A stretch of DNA of 63,959 nucleotides, filler included, from a bacterium (GCA_027004335.1; 11 parts of 11 records of this genome joined end to end with filler, not necessarily neighbours in it), one strand, 5' to 3'. Numbered from the whole stretch's first letter, positions 20,419 to 30,897 are shown. Numbers and translations: made by a program. The notes: generated from the sequence alone by a model not told the origin.

Positions 20419-21389
20419 AAAAAATCTCGCTTTTTCTGTTACTTACATTTATATTAGGTGGATGTCACACTGTTAAGAAAGGAGAATTTACATTCCATCA
20501 AAAAGAAATTCTTCAAAAAATAAATTTCAAAAACAAATCAGATCAATACAGGGTTGCCCCTTATGACATTCTCTCAATAACGATCTTTAACCATCCAGAT
20601 CTATCAGTTGCCCAGCTGATGGTGAAGGATGACGGAAGTGTTACCCTGCCCCGCATCGGAAAGGTAAAATTGGAAGGGCTTAAGCTCAGCAAGGTGGAAG
20701 AACTCTTAAAAGAAAAATACTCCAAGATCCTTAAGCTACCCCAGATAGATGTTACTCCTGTAAAGATAGTGGGGAGCAGATATTACCTCCTCGGAGCAGT
20801 TAATAATCCAGGGGGCTATCCGTTGTTAAATCCTGTTTCAATTTTAGACGCCATAGGCCTTGCAGGAGGAACTTCTTCGGATGTTTCCTTCTACAGGTGG
20901 TACATAATCAGAAAATCCACGATTTACCCTCTTAATCCCCGGAATGTTGAATTGCTAAAAAAAATTTATGTTAATAATGGTGACACCATAATTATAACCA
21001 GAAGTACTGATCTCAGAGTAATAGTGATGGGAGCAGTTAACAAACCCGGGAGCTACCCATTAACTACAGCTCATCCTACAGTATGGGAGGCAATTGCCGA
21101 AGCCGGTGGTTTCAGCAACGATGCATGGAGAAGTGAGATAGGAATACTTCACTGGGAAACTGGAGCTGTTAAAATAAGAGTAGTTAGTTCTTTTTATCCG
21201 GCAGGCAAGAACTTACAGAATCTATTTATTCAGCCTGATGATATAATCTATGTCCCTACTCATCCCATAGGGGAGTGGAATAGAATAATTTCCCTTCTAC
21301 AACCAACAATAAATCTCTTTCTCGTTCAACCCTTTGGAGTTGTGAGGGATTACTATTTTATTCAGGAACTGAGGAGGAATACGAAATAG
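20415..21389 (+). CDS. wza: Polysaccharide export lipoprotein (Wza-like)
   Basis: Lipobox LGGC; YRV.P.D.L.I...HPDLS, DG.V.LP.IG; SLBB repeats GAVN.PG.YP. Confidence 0.85.
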   Translation: MKKISLFLLLTFILGGCHTVKKGEFTFHQKEILQKINFKNKSDQYRVAPYDILSITIFNHPDLSVAQLMVKDDGSVTLPRIGKVKLEGLKLSKVEELLKEKYSKILKLPQIDVTPVKIVGSRYYLLGAVNNPGGYPLLNPVSILDAIGLAGGTSSDVSFYRWYIIRKSTIYPLNPRNVELLKKIYVNNGDTIIITRSTDLRVIVMGAVNKPGSYPLTTAHPTVWEAIAEAGGFSNDAWRSEIGILHWETGAVKIRVVSSFYPAGKNLQNLFIQPDDIIYVPTHPIGEWNRIISLLQPTINLFLVQPFGVVRDYYFIQELRRNTK

Positions 21390-23726
21390 ATGGAGAAATA
21401 CTCCTCTCGTATTTCACAACAGGATGAACTGGATATGAGGGAAATAATCTGGATTATAAAAAGACATGCAATAGCTATAACTACTATTACCATTCTTTCA
21501 GTAGTCGGAGGAATTCTTTACATTCTCCTCAAACAGCCAGTTTATTCCTCCAGCACGACCCTTTTAATTGAGAGACCGATGGAGAACTGGTGGGAAAATC
21601 TTGCGCCTGGAAGTGAAGGAAAAAAAGGCAAATCTGAAATCTACATTATTAAAAGTAGAACCATTGCGGAGCATGTTGTGAGAGAGTTGCATCTTCAAAC
21701 AAGGCTTTTAGTCCCGGGTAGGAGTTTTACAATTAAGATAATGAAGTTACCTGAATCCATCAAGAACATAGGAGAGCTAAATTTTAGAATCATCAACGGA
21801 AATGGTGACTATAAAATCTGGACTCCAGGGAGAAAATGGTACTTTCATGGAAAACTAAATCTACCAGTTACCTCCCCAACTGGAAATGTATGGATAGTCG
21901 GGAACAATTTTCATAAAGGAGATAGAGGGAAACTTTATATCTATTCTTTTCGCACTGCTGTGAAAAAATTGATGGACGCTACCCAGGCTGCTTATGTTGA
22001 GGAAAAAACAAAGGTTATAAAGATCACAGTTGAAGATCCTGATCCAACTATGGCAGCTAAAATTTCTAATAAGGTTGCAGAAAATTATATAAAATGGAAA
22101 GTAGAAGCTCGCACGGAAGAGGCCACGAAGTCTCTAAATTTTATCAACAAGCAGCTCAATGTTATAATGTCTCAATTAGAAAATCTGGAAAACAGTTATG
22201 ATAAATTTAAAACGGAAAAGAAAATACTCTCAATTGATGATGAATTACAGGCGTATATTTCGCAACTCTCAGATTTAGAGTCAACTCTTTATCAGATAAG
22301 ATTTGAAAGAAATGCCTATTCGGAGATCCTTCATGATATAAAAAAAGGGGAAAAACCATATCTTTACTTTGCAGTTAGCGAAGATCCGGTCCTCGGCAAT
22401 CTGGTTAGTAAGGCTCTTGATTTAAGAACCCAGTTATCCACTCTCTCAGAAGAATACACCGAAGATTCCCCACAAATTTCCGCTGTCAAAGCTCAGATTA
22501 ATCAGATTCACAGAGAAATAATAAACTATCTTGCTTCAAAAACAGCGGACCTCTCAATAAAAGAAAAACAGCTTTCAATCACCATTCAAAATCTATTAGA
22601 AAAGCTAAAGAAATTTCCTGAATCAGAAAGAGAAATTCTAAGGATGAAAAGGAAACTTTCCGTGACTGAAGATATATTTAAGTTCCTACTGAAAAAAAAG
22701 GAAGAATCAAGAATTACAAAAGCGATGACAGTCAGTAAGATAAGAATAATAGACCCAGCAATACCATCAACCGTTCCTGAAGCACCAAGAAAAAAATTGA
22801 TACTTTTTCTCTCTCTCATTTTTGGGCTCCTTCTCGCGTTTCTTTTAGTAATTGCGTATGATTACATAAATGACACAATAAAAGATATTGACGAATTAAA
22901 ACACATCATAAACCTTCCTATTTTTGGAATAATCCCCAAAATTTATCCATCAGATAAATCTGGAACCAGCAAGTTTGACCCCTACCTTATTGTTCATTAT
23001 AATCCGAGATCACAGGTTGCCGAAGCATATAGGATGTTGAGAACTAATATTCAATTCATTGATCCAACGGGAAATACAAAAACTTTCTTAATAACAAGTG
23101 CTTTACCTCAAGAAGGGAAATCAATAACAAACTCTAACTTAGCCATAACTCTTTCCAAATTAGGTAGTAAGACTCTCATTCTTGACATGGATTTTCACAG
23201 GCCAAGGCAGCATGAAATCTTTCATAAGCCCCCATCCCCGGGCCTTACAGATTATCTCACTTCACAGGGAAAACTTTCCCTTGATGAAATTATATTCAAA
23301 TTGGAATTTGACAACCTCTATCTAATCCCCGCCGGTACAATTCCACCTAATCCATCTGAATTGATATCCTCCAATCCATTCAGAAAATTCCTCAATGATA
23401 TAAGAGAAAAATTTGATTTTGTACTCATAGATTCTCCTCCTGTAACAGCAGTAACAGATACTCTTATCCTATCAACCATAGTTGATGCTGTACTTTTAGT
23501 AGTGGTAGAGGGCTCCAGTAGAAGAGAAAGTATAAAAAGAGCGATTGAGCTCCTTGAAAATGTAGGGGGAAAATTAAAAGGATCAATTTTTAACAATGTT
23601 TCCCCAACAGAAAGGGCTTATGGATATTACTATTCTTCGGGATATTATCACGAAGAAATACAGCCCACAATAATAGATAGAATAAGAAAATGGATTAAAG
23701 ATACCTTTAAGAGAAGAAAAAAGTGA
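21390..23726 (+). CDS. wzc: Polysaccharide co-polymerase / BY tyrosine kinase
   Basis: Two TM segments, EAYR.LRTN, EGKS, DSPP, C-terminal YGYYYSSGYY cluster. Confidence 0.93.
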   Translation: MEKYSSRISQQDELDMREIIWIIKRHAIAITTITILSVVGGILYILLKQPVYSSSTTLLIERPMENWWENLAPGSEGKKGKSEIYIIKSRTIAEHVVRELHLQTRLLVPGRSFTIKIMKLPESIKNIGELNFRIINGNGDYKIWTPGRKWYFHGKLNLPVTSPTGNVWIVGNNFHKGDRGKLYIYSFRTAVKKLMDATQAAYVEEKTKVIKITVEDPDPTMAAKISNKVAENYIKWKVEARTEEATKSLNFINKQLNVIMSQLENLENSYDKFKTEKKILSIDDELQAYISQLSDLESTLYQIRFERNAYSEILHDIKKGEKPYLYFAVSEDPVLGNLVSKALDLRTQLSTLSEEYTEDSPQISAVKAQINQIHREIINYLASKTADLSIKEKQLSITIQNLLEKLKKFPESEREILRMKRKLSVTEDIFKFLLKKKEESRITKAMTVSKIRIIDPAIPSTVPEAPRKKLILFLSLIFGLLLAFLLVIAYDYINDTIKDIDELKHIINLPIFGIIPKIYPSDKSGTSKFDPYLIVHYNPRSQVAEAYRMLRTNIQFIDPTGNTKTFLITSALPQEGKSITNSNLAITLSKLGSKTLILDMDFHRPRQHEIFHKPPSPGLTDYLTSQGKLSLDEIIFKLEFDNLYLIPAGTIPPNPSELISSNPFRKFLNDIREKFDFVLIDSPPVTAVTDTLILSTIVDAVLLVVVEGSSRRESIKRAIELLENVGGKLKGSIFNNVSPTERAYGYYYSSGYYHEEIQPTIIDRIRKWIKDTFKRRKK

Positions 23727-24117
23727 TTGATATACACTCCCATTTTCTTTTTGGCGTTGATGATGGTCCTGAAGAGATAGAGATATCCCGAGAGATACTT
23801 GGTATATATCAAGAAGCTGAATTTTCAACAGTAGTTGAAACCACCCACTGCTATCCCGGACTTTACGAAGCTGAAAAAGAAAAGGTTGAAAATAATCTTC
23901 AGAAACTTAATGAAGATAAAATCAGACTCTTTTATACAAGGGAGTACTTTGTTGATCTTCCCTTTTTGGAGAAACTTGATGAAGAAAAAATCATTCCTTA
24001 CCCGGATGGAGAACATATTTTAATTGAATTTTCATTTTTTGTTTCTCCTCTGAACTGGGAAGAGATAATATTTAAGATTCAGACAAGAGGATATGTCCCC
24101 ATTCTGGCACACCCTGA
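23723..24117 (+). CDS. CpsB/CapC PHP-type tyrosine phosphatase, 3' truncated
   Basis: MIDIHSH...GVDDG, PILAHP. Confidence 0.88.
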
Positions 24118-24217
24118 NNNNNNNNNNNNNNNNNNNNNNNNNNNNNNNNNNNNNNNNNNNNTTAATTAATTAANNNNNNNNNNNNNNNNNNNNNNNNNNN
24201 NNNNNNNNNNNNNNNNN
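24118..24217. other. Artificial contig linker
   Basis: N44-TTAATTAATTAA-N44. Confidence 0.99.
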
Positions 24218-24425
24218 TTGCAGGACCAGTTACAGATTGCTTAACGATAGACATTACTGGCTTTGTACCAGTTCCTGTATAATATTCTGTAATTTTACCA
24301 ACTCCAAGACCAGCAATAAGACCAACAATAGTTGCATAAAATACACCCATTGAAGAATATGTAATTCCTGATTCTATGGTCCATTCTGTTGGTAAAAATT
24401 CTATAATCATAAAAAATGAAACTAC
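24218..24425 (-). other. Internal fragment of a membrane pyrophosphatase (HppA) gene, likely chimeric contig end
   Basis: GLIAGLGVGKITEYYTG...PV.SI..QS.TGPA is an HppA motif; no 5' part of the gene present. Confidence 0.7.
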
Positions 24426-24497
24426 TATCGCGTAGAGAATACCCTGAATTTTCAGAAATTTTGCTGCTATTATAGCAAGCGGTATAAAGAATACAAA

Positions 24498-24879
24498 CAT
24501 CTGTGAAAAAGATAGGATCATATCGCCAGATGATCCTCTCCTTTCCCAATGTTTCTGAAAGAAAATTTATATCTTCAATAACTTTTGAAAATGATGGATT
24601 GTATGGTTCAAATTTTTCAGGATAACCGGTAAGAGTGTAGTGAATATAAAAATAATAGTTTTCTTGGAAAAAATTCAGGTGCTTTTCGATGGGCCTGAAG
24701 TACCTTGTCCAGAAAACAATCCCGATAACATCCTCAGGTTTGAGAGAAATTTTTTCCACCTGCGAGGGATTAAAAGGATTTTTTATAACTACAAAACCTT
24801 CCTTGAGCCGCATGTATAGCCATTTGCTGTAATATGCTGGTAAATCTGTTCTTCTGCTCGCTGAGATAATTAAACTCAT
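24498..24879 (-). CDS. DUF1848 family protein, broken at about 24498
   Basis: IISASRRTDLPAYY, IVFWT, YTLTGY...EP, WRYDPI, then unrelated sequence. Confidence 0.8.
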
Positions 24880-24947
24880 TTTTTGCAAAATTTAGGATAA
24901 ATTTTAATAAATAGTTTGCAAATTTTGAAAAATTAAGCAATAATAAA

Positions 24948-25292
24948 ATGGAAAATTGGGAAAAGGAAATGGAAAAGGTACTGGGAATTCTTCTTGAAGT
25001 AATTTTTATGGCTGCTCACTTGGTCCTTCAACTCTACCTCTGGATCATTGTTGCTGCTGTAATCATTTCGTGGGTCAATGCTGATCCTTACAATGCCATA
25101 GTAAGATTTATAAGAAATCTAACGGAACCTGTGTTTGCACCTTTCAGAAGATGGCTTATGAAACTTTCTTATAAAACTGGTCTTGATTTCTCGCCTTTTG
25201 TCGTAATGCTTGTTATAATTTTCATAGATAGAATTATTATGAGGATTTTTATGCCAATGGCTTTAAAACTTGAAGGTGAGGTGATACCATGA
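24948..25292 (+). CDS. YggT family membrane protein
   Basis: ISWVNADPYN.IV......TEP...P.R, DFSP. Confidence 0.9.
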   Translation: MENWEKEMEKVLGILLEVIFMAAHLVLQLYLWIIVAAVIISWVNADPYNAIVRFIRNLTEPVFAPFRRWLMKLSYKTGLDFSPFVVMLVIIFIDRIIMRIFMPMALKLEGEVIP

Positions 25293-25783
25293 AGATCACA
25301 CCTCTTGAAATTAAAAAACAGGAGTTTAAAACATCCATTGCAGGATATGATAAGGGGGAAGTTAAAGCTTTTCTTGACCTTGTGAGGGCTGAGGTGGAAT
25401 CTCTGATACGGGAAAATTCCATTCTTCGCGACGAGTTGAAAGAAGCTCTGAAGAAGATTGAGGATCACAGGGGAAAGGAGAGGATACTTCAAGAAACCCT
25501 TATTTCTGCCAGAGAGATGAAAAACGACCTCATTGAAAAAGCAAAAAAGGAAGCTGAACTAATCGTGGCGGATGCTGAGATCCGGGCAAGGAAAATTCTT
25601 GAAGATGCGCAGAAAAAAGTTGCTGATCTTTCATCTGAGATTAATATGTTGAGGAGGCAGAAAAAGGAATTTCTCACCAAGTTTAAACAACTGCTTGAGT
25701 ATTACAATCTAATCATTTATGAGAGCGAAGAGGCGGAGGAGAGAGATAATATTTCTTACCTCGGCAAAGATGATGAGAAGTAG
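25289..25783 (+). CDS. DivIVA domain protein
   Basis: ITPLEI...EF.....GYD..EV..FL followed by coiled coil. Confidence 0.9.
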   Translation: MKITPLEIKKQEFKTSIAGYDKGEVKAFLDLVRAEVESLIRENSILRDELKEALKKIEDHRGKERILQETLISAREMKNDLIEKAKKEAELIVADAEIRARKILEDAQKKVADLSSEINMLRRQKKEFLTKFKQLLEYYNLIIYESEEAEERDNISYLGKDDEK

Positions 25784-26099
25784 CGGAGAGGAGTCTTTCT
25801 GGCGGAGAGAAGGAAATCTGATTTTGCTAAATGTTAAGGTTGTATCTAATAGTTCAAAAAATAGTGTGGAAGGAGTGGAAGATAATTATTTGAAGATAAA
25901 AATAACTGCTCTTCCCGAAAAGGGAAGGGCTAATCGTGAGCTTGTGAGATTCCTTGCTTCTCTTCTCGGAGTGAGAAAATCATCGGTGACTGTTTCAAAA
26001 GGTAGAACTTCTAGATTCAAGACCATTACAATTGCAAGCAATCTTCCTGAGGATAAACTAAAATTACTGGCGAACCTGACTAAAGGAGGAAAATTGTGA
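25770..26099 (+). CDS. DUF167 / YggU family protein
   Basis: LKIKITA.PE.G.AN.EL...LA..LGV.KS, G.TSR.K. Confidence 0.88.
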   Translation: MMRSSGEESFWRREGNLILLNVKVVSNSSKNSVEGVEDNYLKIKITALPEKGRANRELVRFLASLLGVRKSSVTVSKGRTSRFKTITIASNLPEDKLKLLANLTKGGKL

Positions 26100-27433
26100 A
26101 AAAGAAATGGATAATATTCGTAGTCCTTTATCTAATTCTTGCAGGTGTTTTTGTGATAGGAAAGTGGAATCTCTTTGATCTTTCTGGAGATACAAGTACT
26201 AGTAATGAAAATCAGAAGGTGGTGAAATACTTAGATATCTTTTCAGAAGTTCTTGAAAAGGTAGAAAAATATTATGTGGAAAAGCCAGATCCGAAGAAAC
26301 TATTTGAATCAGCATTAAAAGGGATGGTTAGTTCCCTTGATCCTCACAGTGCGTACCTTACTCCTGAAGAATTTAAGGAGATGAACATTGAAACTCGTGG
26401 AGAATTTGGTGGGATCGGCATCGTTATTACTATTAAAAATGGGATTCTTACAATTGTTTCGCCCATAGAGGACACACCTGCATGGAGAGCTGGCATTAAA
26501 GGAGGTGATCAAATAATAAAAATTAATGGGAAAAATGCAATAAATATGAGCCTTGATGATGCTGTAAAACTATTAAGAGGTAAACCTGGTACTAAGGTGA
26601 CTATCACTGTTAGGAGAAAAGAGTGGAACAGACCAAAAGATATAACTCTTGTGCGAGCAATAATAAAAATAATTCCCACTAAAGGAAAAGAAATTGGAGA
26701 TGGGATTTATTATTTAAGAATTACAAGTTTCAACGAAAAAGCTTCAGAATTTACTCATAAGGAGTTGGAAGAATTTCTTAAAAAAGGAATGAAAGCTCTT
26801 ATTCTGGATCTCAGAGATAACCCGGGTGGATTGCTTGATGAGGCGATAAATGTAGCGGACATGTTTATTCAGAAAGGCCTGATTGTATATACAAAGGGCA
26901 GAGCCCCAAATTCCAATGAGAAATATTACGCTACTTCATACCATGATGTTGATAAATACAAATATCCCATGGTTGTGCTTGTAAATGATGGTTCTGCCAG
27001 TGCTTCGGAAATCGTAGCTGGTGCTCTTCAGGATCATAAAAGGGCTGTGCTCATGGGAACAAGAACTTTTGGAAAAGGCTCTGTGCAGATAATGATACCT
27101 CTTGAAGATGGTTCTGCTGTTAAAATAACTACTGCAAGATATTATACTCCCAAAGGTAGGTGTATCCAGGCGCTTGGAATTCAGCCAGATATAACTGTTT
27201 ATCCTCTTCAGGTTACAGAAACTGAAGAAAGTATTACCGAAAAAGAAAGACAGCAGATCCATGAAGCTGATCTAAAAGGTCATTTAAAAGCGATTCAGAG
27301 AGTAAAGGTAAATGAGCATCTTACTCAGAAAGGGAGAGAGCTTATTGATACTGATTATCAGGTGAGGAGTGCCTATAACCTCCTAAAAGGCGTTCTTTTG
27401 ATGGAGAATTTTACTGCAAATGGCAAAAAGTAG
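26096..27433 (+). CDS. ctpA: S41 carboxyl-terminal processing protease
   Basis: LDPHS, PDZ, DLRDNPGGLL, SASASEI, TFGKGSVQ, ARYYTP. Confidence 0.93.
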   Translation: MKKKWIIFVVLYLILAGVFVIGKWNLFDLSGDTSTSNENQKVVKYLDIFSEVLEKVEKYYVEKPDPKKLFESALKGMVSSLDPHSAYLTPEEFKEMNIETRGEFGGIGIVITIKNGILTIVSPIEDTPAWRAGIKGGDQIIKINGKNAINMSLDDAVKLLRGKPGTKVTITVRRKEWNRPKDITLVRAIIKIIPTKGKEIGDGIYYLRITSFNEKASEFTHKELEEFLKKGMKALILDLRDNPGGLLDEAINVADMFIQKGLIVYTKGRAPNSNEKYYATSYHDVDKYKYPMVVLVNDGSASASEIVAGALQDHKRAVLMGTRTFGKGSVQIMIPLEDGSAVKITTARYYTPKGRCIQALGIQPDITVYPLQVTETEESITEKERQQIHEADLKGHLKAIQRVKVNEHLTQKGRELIDTDYQVRSAYNLLKGVLLMENFTANGKK

Positions 27434-27660
27434 AAGTAGGGGGAAGTTCTTTGCTTCCCTTTTGCTCCTTCTCCTCCTTCTTCTTTTCTTTGTCTGGGTC
27501 CTGTGGCAAACAGGAAAACAACCAGTTAGACAGGAAGTTGTTTCAAAAGCAAAAATTGAGAAAAAAATTACCCTTAGGCTTCTTCTTTCACAGGGAGAGG
27601 TAAAAAAATTTTTTTTTAAAAGCGTTGATACTTTTCCGTACAGGCATCTAATTATTGAAA
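27420..27660 (+). CDS. Membrane-anchored protein N-terminus, truncated
   Basis: Basic N-terminus plus Leu-rich TM; overlaps ctpA stop. Confidence 0.45.
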
Positions 27661-27760
27661 NNNNNNNNNNNNNNNNNNNNNNNNNNNNNNNNNNNNNNNN
27701 NNNNTTAATTAATTAANNNNNNNNNNNNNNNNNNNNNNNNNNNNNNNNNNNNNNNNNNNN
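27661..27760. other. Artificial contig linker
   Basis: N44-TTAATTAATTAA-N44. Confidence 0.99.
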
Positions 27761-28019
27761 CCCTCACACCTGCCACAATATGAGCAGCAACTCCTTTTGG
27801 ATCCGCAGGAAACCAATCCTTTTTAATCTCATCAATAAGAGAGGAAGGTATTCTTTCTAATATCTCTCTGTCATAATCCTTTTCATCAACTCTTCCACCG
27901 GGGTAAACATGGAAGCCACCTAAAAATTTGAGAGATTCCTTCCTCTTTGTAAGAAGTACTTTTCCCTCTTCAGAACATAAAATTACCGTAGAAGCTTTGT
28001 AAATCTTTCCTTCAGCCAA
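27761..28019 (-). CDS. NUDIX hydrolase (Nudt19-like), 3' truncated
   Basis: ASTVIL, R...L.FLGGFHVYPGG.VD..D, insert, then A.VRE. Confidence 0.8.
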
Positions 28020-28040
28020 GCTATCACCTGTTGTTTAATT

Positions 28041-28874
28041 CTATTTCTCTTCTTTATTTAGATAGAATTTCCAGAAATCTGGTTCTCTTCTCTCCATAAA
28101 GGCGTTTCTACCTTCAACAGATTCCTCTGTACCGTAGTAGAGTCCAAGGCCACCTACACCTAATTCAGTAACGCCAGCGAGACCATCTGTCTCAGCAAGA
28201 AATGTGTATTTTAACATCTTAAGGGCAGTGGGACTCTTCTTGAGCAACTCTTCTGCCCATGTATTAACTTCTTCATCTAATTTATCTGCGGGAACCACTT
28301 TATTAACAAGTCCCATTTCAAAAGCTTCTTGAGCTGTGTATAATCTTGTTAAAAACCAGATCTCCTTGGCTCGCTTCAATCCCACATTTCTCCACAGGTC
28401 TCCTGTGCCAAAACCTGGATCAAAACTACCAACCCGTGGACCAGCCTGACCCAATTTTGCCATATCAGCAGCTATGGAGAGATCACAGTTTACCTGCCAG
28501 ACATGGCCGCCACCAATGGCATAGCCATTCACCCTTGCTATAACCGGCTTGGGAATATGTCTTATTAAAAAAGTTACAAACTGCCACCCCACTTCAAGAG
28601 GAAGTTCAGCAACAGTCCCTTTCAACTCATCAGAAGTATAACCCTTGTAACCTCCTAAGTCCCTTATACTCTGATCTCCACCAGTGCAGAAAGCTTTATC
28701 CCCTGCCCCGGTGAAAACAACTACCCCGATCTCTTTATCTGTCCAGGCATCTATAAATGCCTTCACAAGCTCGTGAAGTGTAACGGGAGTAGCAGCATTG
28801 TATTTGTCAGGTCTGTTAATTGTGATCCTTGCTATCCTGTCCTTTTTTTCATAAATGACATCCTGAAATTTCAC
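28041..28874 (-). CDS. Crotonase-family enzyme, MenB/BadI-like
   Basis: AFCTGGDQ, GYAIGGG, QAGPRVGSFDPGFG; GGAGG before GTG at 28874. Confidence 0.85.
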   Translation of the reverse strand: MKFQDVIYEKKDRIARITINRPDKYNAATPVTLHELVKAFIDAWTDKEIGVVVFTGAGDKAFCTGGDQSIRDLGGYKGYTSDELKGTVAELPLEVGWQFVTFLIRHIPKPVIARVNGYAIGGGHVWQVNCDLSIAADMAKLGQAGPRVGSFDPGFGTGDLWRNVGLKRAKEIWFLTRLYTAQEAFEMGLVNKVVPADKLDEEVNTWAEELLKKSPTALKMLKYTFLAETDGLAGVTELGVGGLGLYYGTEESVEGRNAFMERREPDFWKFYLNKEEK

Positions 28875-29027
28875 TTCAACCTCCTTTTTTTCTAAAATGG
28901 TAAACAGTTTTGACAGATGTGTCAAGATTATTTTTGTGAGAACTTCGTTGATGGATCAGCAAACCTGTCCTCTAATACCCATTTTGATCATGGATATGAG
29001 ATAACATTTTACACCATTCAATTTTCC

Positions 29028-29055
29028 TGTTACATTTTAATAAATCAATCGTATA
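29028..29055 (+). promoter_or_regulatory. Putative ECF autoregulatory promoter
   Basis: TGTTAC-16-CGTATA immediately upstream of the ECF gene. Confidence 0.5.
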
Positions 29056-29068
29056 ATGTTAATGGAGA

Positions 29069-29608
29069 GTGAAGATGTATGAAGAGATGAGCGACAGAGA
29101 GTTGTTTGAATTATTCAGAGAGGGACATCAAGAACCATTCGAATTTGTTTATGAGCGATACAAACCCAGACTCTATGTTTATGTAAGGAATTTACTCCCC
29201 TATTTACCACCTGATGAAATCGGGGACATTATACAGGAAACTTTTTTAAAAGCAATAGAAAAGGCAAATAGTTTTAAGAAGAAACACGCTTTCTCAACCT
29301 GGATATACACAATCGCCAGAAATAAGGCATTTGATAGGTGGAGAAAATCAAAAAGGAAAATTCCTGACCCACCTCACGGCCCTGAAACCCCCGAGGAAAA
29401 GATCATCGCCATGGAGGAGAGGGACAATGTTCTTAATCTTCTCCAGAAACTTCCTGATGATTACAGGGAGGTTGTTCTTCTCAGGGCAGAGGGTTTCAGT
29501 TATAGGGAAATTTCAAAAGTTCTTTTCATTCCTGAAAGAGTGGCTATTACACGAGTCCACAGAGGACTAAAAAAATTGAAGGAGATGAAGAAAAATGATG
29601 GAAGATAA
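29069..29608 (+). CDS. ECF sigma factor
   Basis: D.IQETF, FSTWIYTIARN...D, LP..YREVV.LR..G.SY.EI. Confidence 0.93.
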   Translation: MKMYEEMSDRELFELFREGHQEPFEFVYERYKPRLYVYVRNLLPYLPPDEIGDIIQETFLKAIEKANSFKKKHAFSTWIYTIARNKAFDRWRKSKRKIPDPPHGPETPEEKIIAMEERDNVLNLLQKLPDDYREVVLLRAEGFSYREISKVLFIPERVAITRVHRGLKKLKEMKKNDGR

Positions 29609-29969
29609 GAGAGAATTAGAAACAAAAGAAGAAAAGGAGCTCCTTAACAAGATAAACGAAGCTCTTCATTCTATGGAGAAGGAGGAGGAGAAATACTACT
29701 CCTACCTTAAAGCCCCAGAGTATCACAGACCAGGTTATCAGGTTTGGTGGGTGGTTGCTCCACTGGGATTGATCCTGAGTATCCTTCTCATCATCTATCT
29801 GCTTCCTTCTTCTTATCCTTCGTTGCAACAAATTGATACTCAGATTTACAGTGTGCAGGAAGAACTACAACTCCTTGAACCATCCACAGAGAAAACAGTA
29901 AACCTGGACAGAGAAATTGAAGATGTCCAGAAAACAATTAACCTTTTACAGGAGGAAGAAAATGGTTAA
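29595..29969 (+). CDS. Putative single-TM anti-sigma factor
   Basis: Overlaps ECF stop; central hydrophobic segment. Confidence 0.6.
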   Translation: MMEDKRELETKEEKELLNKINEALHSMEKEEEKYYSYLKAPEYHRPGYQVWWVVAPLGLILSILLIIYLLPSSYPSLQQIDTQIYSVQEELQLLEPSTEKTVNLDREIEDVQKTINLLQEEENG

Positions 29970-30555
29970 AAAAACTCTATTAGTTGCGGTTGCAATATTA
30001 TTTGCAGTATCCCTTTATGCACAACCTCCACATGGAGGAAAAAGATGGGGACCAATAGGACAAGGAGCAGTTAGACCCATGAGACCTTTACCCCCGGAAG
30101 TTGAGAAAAAATTACTGAATGAAGTTGGAAAAGTATCCCCATATTTGGTTGGTAAATTGAAAAAATTGAAAGAAGAGAATCCCATGCTCTACAGAGGGAT
30201 TTTAATCAAGACAGAAGTCGGTTACAGGTGGTGGCAGAGACTCAAAAAAGACCATGAAGGTAAAAAATTCGCAGATGAACTCTGGAAGCTCTCAATAAAA
30301 GAGAGAGAATTGGCTGTTAAATATCATGATGCGACCTCTGATAAGGAAAGAAGTAAGATTAGGAAACTGCTTGAAAAAATTGATTACAATCTTTTTGATC
30401 TCAGACAAAAAGCGAGAAAGATAACAATTAAAAAATTAGAAGAGAAACTAAAACAGATCAAAGAGGATCTGAAAGACAGAGAAGAACACAAAGAAGAAAT
30501 TATCAAACAGCACATTGATCAGATCACAGGTCAGGGAAGAAGGTGGAGGTGGTAA
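29962..30555 (+). CDS. Secreted helical protein, Spy/CpxP-like accessory
   Basis: Signal peptide ending LYA, Gly/Pro-rich linker, charged helices; GGAGG RBS. Confidence 0.55.
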   Translation: MVKKTLLVAVAILFAVSLYAQPPHGGKRWGPIGQGAVRPMRPLPPEVEKKLLNEVGKVSPYLVGKLKKLKEENPMLYRGILIKTEVGYRWWQRLKKDHEGKKFADELWKLSIKERELAVKYHDATSDKERSKIRKLLEKIDYNLFDLRQKARKITIKKLEEKLKQIKEDLKDREEHKEEIIKQHIDQITGQGRRWRW

Positions 30556-30636
30556 GCCTCCCCTTCCTTTCTTTTCCTCAGAGAATTTGAGAATCTCCCC
30601 ACTTTATGATAAAATCTTTTTAAGCAGGGGGTAAGT

Positions 30637-30897
30637 ATGAAAAAAGTTGTTTTTTTCTTTTTTCTATTGTTTTTCTCACTCCTTCTATTTGCAGGAGATA
30701 GAGTTCCAGTTACATGGAATGGGGAATTTCATACTGGAACAAGGGTTGAAGATGTTCTAAAGATCAAAGGGAAACCCACCAGAAAAATTGGTCCTGTGGG
30801 GGATCCTGCTGTAGAAAAGTGGTATTATGGTAAAGAAGTAGTGGTAATTATGAGTGGATATGTGATTGACTCGTTTTACCTTCAGTGGCAGAGCTAA
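30637..30897 (+). CDS. Small secreted BamE/SmpA-like protein
   Basis: Signal peptide; G....DV....G.P.....VGDP....W.Y. Confidence 0.55.
   Translation: MKKVVFFFFLLFFSLLLFAGDRVPVTWNGEFHTGTRVEDVLKIKGKPTRKIGPVGDPAVEKWYYGKEVVVIMSGYVIDSFYLQWQS

Noticed and set aside
25289-25783. DivIVA in a diderm as a novelty
   Set aside because: yggT-divIVA-yggU clusters are already known in deltaproteobacteria-like lineages.
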